A DNA stretch of 64,000 nt from Phallusia mammillata (lineage: Eukaryota). Each line of letters starts with the position of its first letter. The first letter of the stretch is position 1. The position numbers and the translations under genes are program-made. Positions 12,336-24,856 of this stretch are shown here, in pieces. The notes beneath the pieces were generated by a model. It worked only from the letters and a program-made list of their open reading frames with translations, ran no database searches and was not told the DNA's origin. The DNA is taken from positions 16,306,001 through 16,370,000 of the forward strand of contig OZ281494.1 in assembly GCA_965637545.1 (NCBI GenBank), in the 5' to 3' direction.

Positions 12336-15300
12336 TTAGTGGCATGGTGCTGTTTTCATGTATACAGTTCGCTTGATGTCGACACTCTCATACCCATCAT
12401 CTCCTGCATATATTAGTTGTGTAGAAACATTTATAAAAGCGTTTCCAAAAGCATAAATTTTGAAAACAAAAAACGTTATATCGTACAAAGTTGATCAACA
12501 AGTGACGTGATAAACAATGTAAAAACTTGACCTTACTAAAAAGCATTACTACTTATTCCAGCATACCTTCGGTTTTGTTGGTTACTGCCTCGGAACTGTT
12601 TTTCTTTTCGTTTCTGAAAAAACGTTTATTCGTAAGATTGGATACGCAGGAGATTTTTTACGTGCAAGTTCAAATGCAAAGGTCGCCAGGCCTATTAAAG
12701 GCGTAATACCGAATCAAGCCGGTCTTCCAGGCATTGCCATATGGCAAGGAACAGACTAGAAAAATACAGCCTGCGGTGGGATCCGAACCCACGACAGGAG
12801 TCGTTCCAGAAGTTGCGTTGTACCAACTGAGCAATACAGGCACCGTTGTCTTCTTGTATGCTGTCAGCTACGTGTCAGCTTCGTAGTAGCAAAGGTAATT
12901 AAAGTTTATAATAAAACCTGCAACAGATTACCTTTTCCAAAAATAATTACGCAGACGAGCACAATAATGAAAGCGATGGCACCTCCAGCAACACCTGCAA
13001 TTATTCCGATAAAAGCTTGTGGTGTCAAATCTGTAATGACAGAATAAATTGTGAGCATTTTAAAGAAGCAATAAACTTATTTCTATCACGTAGTTACTAG
13101 TTTCGTTTCCGTTTAAAGTTGTAGTTGTTGGGTGTTGTACAACGCAAGAACCAATGTCAACAGGTCCGATAACACGTTCGCAATAAAACATGTACAACTA
13201 AAAACAAAATGCATGGTTTCAGTTACAAGACCCGGGGGTTATTAAAAAGTTTTATTGTTTCTACCTCAAAATTGTAAGTATAGGAGGCAATTTCAGCTAG
13301 ATTAAGTACTGTAAATCCACTTGAAATGTTTTTGGTTGCTACAGTAATATTTTCAACCACGCGTTTCAATCTTACCTAGAAAACACGTGATTCAACGGAC
13401 AAAAATTATCTCAAAAAGACAGAATATTCCAAAAATCGTACATGCATCAGTAGCAACATTGGGTGTGTTTAGATTTTTAACAATTTTAGTTTTATTGCGA
13501 TAGTTTTGTCGGTAAATCTAAACATATTTAGGGTTATGTTTTCACATATGTTTTCATTCATTCGACAGGAACCTCGCACCAAATTCTAAAAAAACCTTTT
13601 AAGTAGAAATGTTTTCCTGTGCTCAATGAACATTGGGTTTTAAACAATAAATTTGTCAGTTCTTACACTTTCTTTCAGCCCATCGCATCACACATTATAA
13701 ACTCACATTCAGTTTTTTTCTTCTATATAATAGTTCAACTTTAATTAAAAGGTTTTATTGGTTTACTTCTAAAACTTACCTGGTAGCCCCTAACTCCTTC
13801 ACGGTCATTTGATGATGGAATGTAAATGATACATGGTGTTTGTTTAGCTACTTTGGAACCGACAACAGAGGCAGACGAAAAGGTTTTCACTGTTGTTTGA
13901 GCAACAACTAAACGGCAATCAGCAAATCGCGTCGTGAGCTAACAAACGGACTACAGTTAAACGGAGTATTTTTGTTGTCTTTTGTCATAAAAACATAAGG
14001 TTAGGCTACAAACATAAGCTGAAATATTAACATTATTTGGACAAATATTGTACTTTTTGAATATACCTGTATTTGGTATGTTGTATCGTATTGTAAACCC
14101 TGTAAGGAAGCTGAACCTATTCCAAATGTTGAATTTATTTCTGCCGTTTGATAACCATCTGTAACAGCTGCCACCTACGTAAATCAATAAATTTGTTAGT
14201 GAAAATGCAAGCAACGTTTTTGAAACAAAAATTTGACATGCACGAAAATAAGACCTCCACTGGTGTATTGCTCTGTTGTATTAACGGAACATACTTGGTT
14301 GACCAATTTACTCGAATGGTGTCAGGGTTACAAGTGGAAGGCTGGCCATCAATCGAAACTGAAAAGAATTGTTTCAAGTCAACCACCAACGCCATAACAA
14401 GAACATACGTTTTTTCACATAATGACATTTCAACATTATTCTGGTATAGCACTTTGACATAACTTACATTGATACTGACAGGCGTAATACCCGTATACAC
14501 CAGTACACTGTTTTGCGGTGTCCATCCATGTATGCTCATACTGCATTGCGTTCTGGATGCAATTCGCAGAACCAAGTTGGGTTGCTGCATTGGTTTCTAC
14601 AAACACTCTAAAAACTAAAATAAAATCACGTGTTATATTATTTTAAACAGTTCTGTTAAACTAAAACATCCGTTGATTAAGACCTTGTGAATTTAGTTTT
14701 ACCTTACCAGGTAAGAACAAAGATTCCCATCTTCTATGGTACGGCATAAAATTGTTGTCTGTGCTTTCCAACATCGAAGAATAATCGTTTGCTCGGTAAT
14801 TAAAAACTTCCATAAATTTTTTAACATCTCTCCCATTTCCGCCATATAAAAGAAATGCTTGCATCCAGCCTGGCGCAGAATTTCTTTGTTACAATGATTG
14901 GTAAAGTTGCAAAATAGACTCACCTTTTAAAAAAAATAGACTCACCTTTTTCATCATTGCATGTTGTTTTTGATGTTATCCACCACCTTTTATTTTGTAC
15001 ATCGTCTTTAGTTTTGCAAAATCTTACCGGTTTTAATCCATCATTATTTCTGTAAGAATGGTAGCATGTTATGATGTCTGTGGTAATTTTACAATTAATT
15101 GCTTACGTTTTATACAAATGAATAACTTTTGTGTAATTCTGGGGTTGCGTGGTAAAATATCCCAGTTTTGCTCCACCAATGTTTGATATCCATACTTTCT
15201 GTGCATCTACAAATAAACAAAATCAATCTACTTATTTCTTGCGAAAAAAACCTGATTTCAATTATTTCAGCGTTTACACCAACCTCCTAAATAAACTTCA

Positions 15301-15581
15301 GTCGAAGTGCTAACAAGTTTGTCACGAACGATTGGATTGGAAATGTTGGCGATTCGACCTCCATTTCCAGCACATATTAATTTTGCTGTGTTAGCATCAA
15401 AAACTTCACTTGACAAACGAAACACTTCATTTTCTACACCGAACACTGACTTACAAGTTTCTGGTGAAACAAATAATTAGTTTACTTATTTGCTTAAATA
15501 AAACTTAATTTAAATTTTAGAAGTTATACCTTGAGCATTAGCCCCATAAATTAAAATTAACAAAAGCAGAGAGATTTGCAT
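12336..15581 (-). CDS. Gene D1: CTL-CTL-FN3-FN3-TM receptor with short tyrosine tail; 1-nt deletion at the end of the TM exon
   Basis: Exon 1 at 15530-15581 (MQISLLLLILIYGANAQ); exons homologous to A/B; TM IGIIAGVAGGAIAFIIVLVCVII; tail exon GDDGYESVDIKRTVYMKTAPCH*. Lacks one G at about 12943 relative to D2, which predicts an early TAA at 12582-12584. Confidence 0.8.
12665..12840 (-). mobile_element. tRNA-derived SINE in the intron after the TM exon of D1
   Basis: Head at 12770-12840 has A box TGCTCAGTTGGT, B box GGTTCGGATCC and a perfect T stem GTGGG/CCCAC, but broken D and anticodon stems. Absent from the homologous intron of C1/C2. Confidence 0.7.
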
Positions 15582-15734
15582 TGCACCTGTTTCGTTTTGT
15601 TCGAAATCTATCGCCTTAGACTCTTACCTATACACATAACAAGGAAATGTGGTTGTAAAGAGTTTTCGGCTAGACCGTAAAGCCTTAATAACTTTGATTG
15701 TTTAGTGCTGCTGCATGCGTCACATTTTGCAACT

Positions 15735-17850
15735 TTCTCTGTACATGCTATTTCGAAGGCATTAGTTGCCTCGCGTCATCGAACAACAAATCATTATTTT
15801 TTGTGCGTCACTTTCATAGACGCGAACGAAAGGGGAATGGACAAAGTTCGCACCTTTTTCATTGCCCTTTTACTCTTTAAGAAACCTTTTCATCTTAAAC
15901 CTATAACATTACATTTGTAACCGGGAAGAACGGGCATAACGAATACTCAGGACTGAGACGTCAAACGTTGGTCCTGGAAAGTTATATCACACGCTTGATG
16001 GTAACTTGGAACAAAGACGACCACTCTTAGTGACGAACTGTGTTATATGAAAGCGATAAAAAGCACATGGGCTCATAAAATGGGTTTTGCGAAACTTTTA
16101 CATTACAACTGTAAAACCTTGTTTCTGTATTGCGGTAACCCCCGATTTGGCCCCACAGGTAAAAAATCTCTTTCTTAAAATAGTGTTTTTCAACTTTTGC
16201 GTCACAACCTCCAAGGCAAATTGCATTATCCGCAAGTGTGTTTTTGTTTCAACTACTTTTTATCAGTATTTTTGACTTACAACGGATTTTAAGAGAAAAA
16301 ATGCCAATTAATGTGCCTTTGCTAGAAAAACCTCTTTTTTACACCCGTGTTTTTTAAATATGTTTAAGCGCAATAAATAAAATTTTGTCAAACGGTAAAT
16401 GCGTGGGAGGCTTTATGTGTTTGCTTTAACTGACCGAATAGTGTGTTTGAAGGATGTTTTTGGTTAAAATTGTAAAAATATTCACCAAAAGATTTAAACA
16501 TTTTTTTTTTCAATTTTCTATGGTAAGTTTTTAAAATGATGTGGTATACAGTCAACATTGTATAGACATAGTTCTCTGTTTAGAATAACTTTACAGTTAC
16601 AGTTTTATAATTCTATTACTTTAAGAAGTCTTTCTTCTAGTAGTAATTCGCTATATGATAAACGCCAGGAACAAAAAAAAACTGTAATAACACCAACAAA
16701 TGATCAGAATTTCTTACTGCAGAATGGGAATTGGCCAAAAACGAGCTTTGTGATTCAATTAAACCTTCTACAACGTTTCCTACATGCTCTTTCGAAGGCA
16801 TTAGTTGCCCCGCGTCATCGAACAACAAATCATTATTATATGGTGCGTCACTTTCATAGACGCAAACGAACGATAGAAGTGGCAAAGTTTGTACCTGTCT
16901 TCATTGCTCTTACTGTTCAGAAACCTCCTATAACCAGGGTTACCATCGACACGGAGCCGAAAATAAGGACAAGGGAAAAATTAAGTTTCCGTTCGAAATG
17001 AAACAAACGTTTTCGTATAAATCTTCACATTTAAACGAGCCATGGCATGTCACATGCGATATTTTTTGCCAAAAACGATCTGTTCCGAAAATCCTTGTTC
17101 GTAGAAAATAATTTGTGCATCTCACGAGAGCCCAGGTCTAGGTTTACTTTAACTAATAGCAGCGATTTGACATGTAATTGTTAAAAATAAGACAAAATAA
17201 GGACATAAGTCAAAAAGAAGGACATTTCTTATAAATAAGGCCAATACATTTTTCTAAGGCATTGCCCTTCAAAATAAGGACAAATCTTAGAAATAAGGAC
17301 GGTATGGCAACCCTGCCTATAACATTATTTGCAACCAGGAAAAACCGGCATAAAGAATGCTCAAAACTCGGCTGGATCGAAACGTCAAGCGTTCGAACGA
17401 TCGCCCTGGAAAGTTTCATCACACGCTTGATGGCAACTTGGAATAAAGCCAACCACTGTTAGTGACAAATTCAAGATTAAGGAACCTAACTCAGCAGTGA
17501 AGAAATTGTCTCTGATGAATAAATGGCTGCGTAACATGAAAGCGATAAAAAAACACACCATCGCAAAATAAGTCGGGCTTATAAAGTACATTTTGCGAAA
17601 CAGTTACATTACAGCTGCAAAAATCTTGTTTTTGTATTGCGGTTACACCGGTTTTTGTCACACAGGCAAAAATCTCTCTCTTAAAATAATGTTTTTCATC
17701 TTTTGCGTCACAACCTCAAAGGCAAATTGCATAATCTGCAAATGTTTTTTTTTTGTTTCAAACACTTTTTATCAGTATTTTTGACGGATTTTAGGAGAAA
17801 ACAAAGTGCCAATTAAAGTGCTTTTTGCTGGAAAACCCTTTTTACGCCCG
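15735..17850. repeat. Tandemly duplicated upstream module of gene D (about 15735-16330 and 16790-17850)
   Basis: Shared blocks TTCGAAGGCATTAGTTGCC, CTGGAAAGTT..ATCACACGCTTGATGG and TTTTGCGTCACAACCTC occur twice. The second copy is interrupted by a MITE. Repeated upstream of D2. Confidence 0.75.
16935..17315. mobile_element. hAT-type MITE
   Basis: TIR CAGGGTTACCA ... TGGCAACCCTG, perfect 8-bp TSD CCTATAAC, subterminal AATAAGGAC repeats. Confidence 0.85.
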
Positions 17851-18089
17851 CTTTTTTAAATATGAATTTCTTACTGCAGAAAGGGATATATTTAGTGCAA
17901 GCAGTTATGATTCCACATTGGCCAAAATCCAGCTTTATGATTCAACTGCTGCGAATCAAATTAAATACACTTTTTACGACCATAAAGTAATGTGGCTTCT
18001 GTTGTGCTGAGTTTTAGTGTTTGTGTTGGAGTTAGTAAGTTGTTGCCATGAAGTGAAAAAGCTCAAGACTTTATTCCAATAGGTTAAGC

Positions 18090-18876
18090 CAGTGGTTCTC
18101 AAACTGTGCGTCGCGACGCCCTGGTGCGTCGTTTCAATTTTCCAAGGGCGTCGCAGAATATTTCCGTTTCGTGGCTGAACTAAGTTAATCTCATAAAAAT
18201 GAGGTTTCAGTGCGGTTGACGTTCATCTACGTCCAAATACTTTTTGCGTAGAGTGCGGATTGACGTAAATTTACCCCAAAGGTTTTGATCAAAGATGCGG
18301 CTGTCCGTTAATGTACGTCGAGACCAAACAGTACAAGCAGCAAGTGCGTGATAGGCGCGTGTCTGGGGCGACGCTTGGCGGGCATTAAACTTGATTATGT
18401 GAACGGAGTCTCGCTTCTTAACAATGTAACAAAGACGACTTTTGTAGCAAAGGCTTGAGGTAGTTATAACGTATAATTGTTAGCAAAGTTTAAAGTAATT
18501 ATTGTGCATGAGTTGCAGCAGTAAATTTTTGTGCATCAGTTTATATTGTGCGTAGGTTGAAACATTACTTTCAATGTAATTCGTTATTGATGCTGTTAAA
18601 GCCTTGTAGCAGACAAGACAATGCAATTGTGCACAATAATTGAAACAATTAACAAAAGCCCGCACGTGATTGCCGGGTGCACTGAAAGTGTTGAGTGCAG
18701 TTTTATAACTTTGTCGAAAAACAGTTTGGCTAAAATTGTTCTCTAAGTGCTGTTTAATAGATTTAAATTAACTGTTTATTGATATGTTTCCTCATTAACT
18801 TTTATTTGATGGTGCGTCGGAAGTCCAGAAAACTTTTCCAGAGGCGTCGCAACAAAAAAAAGTTTGAGAACCACTG
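18090..18876. mobile_element. hAT-type MITE
   Basis: TIR CAGTGGTTCTCAAACT ... AGTTTGAGAACCACTG; 8-bp TSD GGTTAAGC with one mismatch here and perfect in the 58648 copy. Confidence 0.85.
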
Positions 18877-19769
18877 GTTTAAGCATTTTCAGATATGCCT
18901 TGCTTACGATCGCGTGCCAGCTCAAGCCATGACTAATCAGTTTCCTTCTCTGCCTTACCTGAAGTTTCCAGTCAGTGACGCATAGAGCTATTCAGGGTTA
19001 TCAGCAGGTCACCCAGTGCAAAGTTTTATTTACAAGTGTTTTTGCACTTTATCAACATCAAGTGGTATTTTTTTAAATCGCTGCAACATGTGTATTCAAA
19101 CTTTTAGAATAGTGGTTTCCAATCGATTTGTAGTTACCCTTTTTATATCTTCTTAATCTGCGGACCCCCAACGTAATTTTTTTACGTTTCTTGAATTATA
19201 CGTTATTACGCTTTTGAAGCATTTTAATCCACTCGCACAGTACTTTAATTTCAATTTTTAATTTTCTGTACAGTGACAGTCAACGCAACAGAGCGATTAC
19301 ATACATATCAATGCTATAAATATGCAAATATGATAATTTACTTTACATTTAAACATTAGTTAACAATTAGATAGTGGAAAACGTGATTAAAATGATATAC
19401 TGCCATTCAATTAGGCAAGTATTAAACAGTAATTTGTGAAAACATGAAAAAAACATGAGATGCCTCAGTTCATTCTGTGGTTAATGCGTGAATCACAAAA
19501 ATGCAAATATTAGTGTGTTAAGTTGAAGAGAAGAGCTGACATGTCTCTACTAATATATCATTTTAAACATAGATAAAAAATTAAGTGTACCCTAGATATA
19601 GTATCTAATCTAAGAGCACAATCGGATAGCATTTTGACAAAAATTTTTGATCATTTGAAAAAATGATAAATCTTATTCGTATCAGCCCTATAGGTTCAGT
19701 ATTCGCAAACATTTTTGGTGCAGCAGTTTGTGGTGGCCAAAAATAATGTTTGGCAATGGTTGGCATTCT

Positions 19770-22700
19770 TCATAAAGTGAGGTTTTCGTAAGCTGATACT
19801 TTTTTCGGATCTTCGTAGTGATGAACAGTGTCTGCAATGTTTTAAAATATACGTATTGCATTCACTGATCCGATTACTTTTAAAAAGTTTAAAGATTTTG
19901 TTATTACCTTCGTGGCATGGTGCTGTGTTAATGTACACAGGTTCCCTAATGTCTACAGTCTCATACCCACCATCTCCTGCATATAAAGTTGTGTAAACAC
20001 AGTTTTAAATGCAATTTTAGAACAAAACACTTTTTTAAAACACAAAAAGTGAAATTGTGTCAGAAAATGGTGTAAAAAGCGAATACAAAGAATACAAAAA
20101 ACCTTCACCTAAAAGCATCACTACTTATTCCGTACCTTCTGTATTGTAAGTAGCTGCCTGAGAACAGTTTTTCTTTCTGTTTCTGAAAAAATGTTTATCA
20201 ATTTATTGTAAGATTGGATATGCAGTACATTGTTTTTCGTGCAAGTATTTATATTTATATTTTAACCTAAATATATTACCTTTTCCAAAAGATGATTACA
20301 CAGACCAGCACAAGAATAAGAGCGATGGCACCTCCAGCTACACCTGCGATTATTCCGATGGGTGCTTCCCCGTTTTCTTGCGATATTAATTCTGATTATA
20401 AATATATTGTGGGCGTTTTCAAGATCCAAAATCCGTAGAAACTATTCAGTTACCACACTTTCTTTTACTTTGATTTGTTGTCGTAGTTTGAACAGTTGTT
20501 GGGTGACGTACAACACAAAAACCAATTTCAACAGGACCTATAGTTCGCGTGCAATGTATCACGTACAGCTAAAGCCAAATGCAGATTTAGTTACAAAACC
20601 TGTAAATAGGATGTTTATATGTTTACCTGAAATGTGTAGGTGTAGGGTACAAGTCCAGTCAAACTAAGTACTGTGTGTCCACTTGAAACATTTTGTGTTG
20701 CTATAGTATCATTTTCACCAATACGATTGAATCTCACCTAGATAATTCGAGATTAGTGTTGTAGGACTGCAGGAGAAAAAAACTTTTAGCTTGAAAAAAA
20801 TAACAACTTTGTGTCGACCATTTGTGACCACTTTTTGAAACCCGAAATTTCCTTGCAGAAAAAAATGCTTTCTGCAATCTTTCAAAAACATTTATGTAGT
20901 ACACATACGGTTGGTTTTACTTAAACAATTATAATAAAATGCATTGCGAATGTATCAAATCTCAAAATATTCTTGAAGGTATACGACGACATACCTGGTA
21001 ACCGTTGACTCCTTTACGATTATTTAATGATGGATTGTAAAGGGTACATGGTGTTTGTTTTGTTATATTGGCACCGATCACCGATACAGGCGAAGAGGTT
21101 TCCACTGTCGTTTGGGCAACAACTGTTTCGCATCCTGCAACTCGCGTGGTGAGCTATCGTAAACAAATAACAAGTAAAAATATATTGTATACAAGTTCTG
21201 TTAAAAATTGGTTAAAATATTTACACCACTTTAATTTGAAGATATATAATTTTTTGAAGATATACTGTATACCTCAATTCGGTAAAATGTGTTGTATTGT
21301 AATCCTCCGATTGAAGTTGAACCCGTCTCAAATAATGTATTCGTTACAGTCGAGTGATTGGTTGAGACAGCTTTCACCTGTAAGTAAAACAATTGATAAA
21401 AAAGCAGAAAAACTAGTTTCAAAGAATAAAATTTAGGAACTGTGGACAAATAATTTACCTGCACTGGTGTATTGCTTTGTTGTTTTAGCGGAACATAGTT
21501 GGTTGTCCAGTTTACTTGAATGGTGTCAGGGTTGCAAGTAGAACGGCGGGCGTTTACTGTAACTAAAAGCAAGCAAATTTAATAAAAGAACGCTCGAAGT
21601 TTGAAAAACTTATATGTTGAGCAACTTATATGAAAGAAACGGCAAGCACTGTCTTCAGCAGCTTTTTTTCGATAACTACTAATTGAGTAAACAATATTAG
21701 GAACTGAGGATACGTAAAACAAATTAGCTAACTGTAACTTACAACCATCGATTATATATTATTATACGTCTTGCAAACAAACACCAGACAGAAGATTGTT
21801 TCGGGGATTCGCAAGAAAAGGGTTTAAGACCACTGTATCACAGCGTAGGTAAGTATTATCTTTAGTATCATGGTTCATTGTAACTTACATTCTAACTGAC
21901 ACGCATAATACCCATATACACCAACACACTTCTTTGAGGTATCTACCCAAGCTTGTCCATATTGCAGTGCGCTTTGCATGCAATCCGCTGAATCAGGCTG
22001 TGTTGCTTGATAAGTTTCGACAAAAACTCTAAAAACTGAAGAAAAAAACAATTATTTTATTTTAGATGTTTTAAATTTATTACTAAAGAGTTTCAACAAA
22101 ACAATTGTGAGTTGTATTCACCATAACGCTAAGATCTTTTCTACTCTTGAACTTACCAGGTAAGAACAAAGATTCCCATCTTCTATAATACGGCATCGAA
22201 TTGTTGTCTGTGTTTTTCAACATCGAAGAATGATCGTTTGCTCGGTAATTAAAAACTTCCTTAAATTTTGTTACATCATTCCCTGTTCCACCATATAAAA
22301 CAAATCCCTGAATCCAACCTGGCGCAGAAAATTTTTGTTGCAAAAATAGACGGTTTTCAAAACGTGTTATAAATCACCTCCTTCATTGCATGTTGTTTTT
22401 GATGTTATCCACCACCTTTTATTCTTTATGAGGTCCAGTAATCTGCAAAATCTTACCTGCTTCAATCCCGTACCACTTCTGTAACAATGGTAACATGTTA
22501 TGATGTCTGTAGTAATTTTAACTTATTGCTTACGTTTTATACAAATGAATAACTTTTGTAAAGTTCTGGGGTTGCGTGGTAAAATACCCCAGTTTTGCTC
22601 CACCAATGTTTGATATCCATACTTTCTGTACATCTACAAATAATCATGAAATAATATGATTCTACAAATCATAAGGGCGACAGAACAACCTGATTTCAAC

Positions 22701-23019
22701 TATTTAAGCGTTTACACCAACCTCCTAAATACATTTTAGTTGCAGTGCTGATGAGGCTTTCACGAACGGTTGGATTGGATATATTGGCAATTCGACATCC
22801 TTTTCCAGCACATTTTAATTTTGCTGTATTTCCATCGACAACTTCCCTCGACAACTGAAAAACTTGATTTCCTACATTAAAGATGGAGGTGCAACTTGCT
22901 GGCAAAACAAACAATTGTTTAAGGTCCTGTTTGACAAAACTTTGAATACTTTGATTCTTACCTTGAGTATTAACTTCGTAAAACCAAAACATTAACAACA
23001 ATAGCACAATTATTTCCAT
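19770..23019 (-). CDS. Gene C1: CTL-CTL-FN3-FN3-TM receptor with an ITIM-containing tail
   Basis: Exon 1 at 22962-23019 (MEIIVLLLLMFWFYEVNTQ); the exons checked splice in frame. TM 20280-20391; tail exons 20136-20182, 19908-19976 and 19770-19831 encode RNRKKNCSQAATYNTEGDGGYETVDIREPVYINTAPCHEDTVHHYEDPKKVSAYENLTL*. Confidence 0.85.
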
Positions 23020-23286
23020 CGCACCTCCAACTTGCTGTATAACAAACCTAAAGTTCACGCCTCCAAACTGTATGTTCATAACAAGGAAATACTACAAATG
23101 CGTGAGACAATGGGACATGCTAGCAGTGTTTCGGTTGTATTGCGTCATTGGACGACTAAACAATATTGTGTGGTGCGTCATGCACATTCAAAGACACAAA
23201 CAGGTATGGTGACTTTTCGCACAAACGTTTACTAATCTAAGCAATAATTATTAATCTAACTTCAACTAGTCAAGCTTTTATACCAA

Positions 23287-23575
23287 CCGCCCAAATACAT
23301 TTTATGCGTGTGGTAATGAGTTTTTCTCGAACGGTTGGATTGGAAATGTTGGCGATTCGACCACCATTTACAACACATATTAATTTTGCTGCTTTTCCAT
23401 CGACAACTTCGGTTGACAATTTGAAAACATGATTTTTTACACTGAACCCGGAGTTGCAACTTTCTGGTAAGACAAAGGATGTGTTCAGTTATTTTCTTTA
23501 CAAAACCACAGTTTTTACTTTTTACTTTTGAGCATTTGCCACGTAAAATATTAATAGCAAAGGCAGATTATTCAT
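23287..23575 (-). pseudogene. Orphan exon 1 and exon 2 relic of the receptor family
   Basis: MNNLPLLLIFYVANAQ followed by SCNSGFSVKNHVFKLSTEVVDGKAAKLIC..., with a frameshift near the exon 2 end. No further family exons lie before C1 exon 1. Confidence 0.75.
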
Positions 23576-24856
23576 AACTGCAACTACTTTCATATGATTT
23601 GCTCTAAAAAACCGTACCTCCATTTCTTAAAACATTGCATCAACAACAAGGAAATGCAGTCAAGGAGAATGCCAAACATTTCGTTTGATCATATGTTGGC
23701 CGACTCTGTAGAAATGTGTTGTGGTGCGTCATGTCATTCATACCCTGAGGTAGATACAAGCGGAAAATGATTTTAAGTTGGTACATAAACATCTTTTTTA
23801 AAATAACCTATTCCGGTAAATTTAAAAACTATATCTACCAGAAATTTAGAAAAAAACTGACTACAAAGTTAGCGAAAAGCCTTTGGCCCTATTTCGTCTT
23901 TGCCATGACAATAAGTTGGAGTTCAAAAAGTTCATTTAACCTTTGTTAAAACTTGCTTTCAGACTTCCAGACAAATGACATTTTTCAGAATGACAAAAAC
24001 TGTTGTTTTCATAGCGTTTTGCAAATAATGCCAGCTGTATCATGCATGTAAAACACAACAATTTTGTTTGTTAAACTGAAAGAAATGCATACCTTTGTTT
24101 CTGCTTTCCCCTCGGCAACATTTTTTGCTTCTGATACCTTTCAGCAAACATTTTTAAGTCGTTTGCTTTTTTAAGTTTGTTTTTATTCTAAGATAGTTTC
24201 GAGGAACACATAAAACCTCTGAACGAAGTCATCTTATTAAATAAAGTTAATAAAGGTAATGTGAGTAACAAATGCTTAGTGGTGTTTTACAATGAATACT
24301 TTTATGGCATTTCGATATTCTGCTTAAGCGCAGACCACGAAGTCAATTTTTAAACTTCCAATACATTGGCTACCACACAATCATCCACAACAGTTGTTAA
24401 CCATTTCTTTTCACTGGCAATTTCCAAACATAAACTGTTTGATCTCTTTAGTAGCACAACACCTTCGAATGATTTTGAATTTAATTGTAACGCTTTGATC
24501 TGGTTTTGGTTGCTGTTCGAATTTAATGCCGCCTAGATTTCGAGTTAAACGTACTAAATTTTCTTTAAATTATTTTACAAACAGTTAAATGATAAATCAG
24601 TATAGATTCTGTATTCCAAAAGAGTAAAACAGAGATAAGTTGGGATGTTGTTGATTACATATTGTTTTGTTTCATAGTAACAGTACTACTTACAATAAAA
24701 ATATACAAATTAAAACCACAATTGTTTTGTGGTTTTAGCAATCATAACATTAAAACATGCTGAAATTTTGATAAGTTTCAAATTGAAGGACGTTGTAGTA
24801 TAGTGTTACATTCATGGATAATTGAAAAACATAAAAAACACAGTATAGCGTCACAT

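Noticed and set aside
12770-12840. Functional tRNA gene
   Set aside because: The T arm is intact but the D and anticodon stems do not pair, and it is followed by a SINE-like body inside an intron.
14913-14950. Duplicated donor site in intron 4 of D as an alternative splice switch
   Set aside because: Using the second donor shifts the frame in D1, and there is no evidence of use. It is likely a neutral microduplication.
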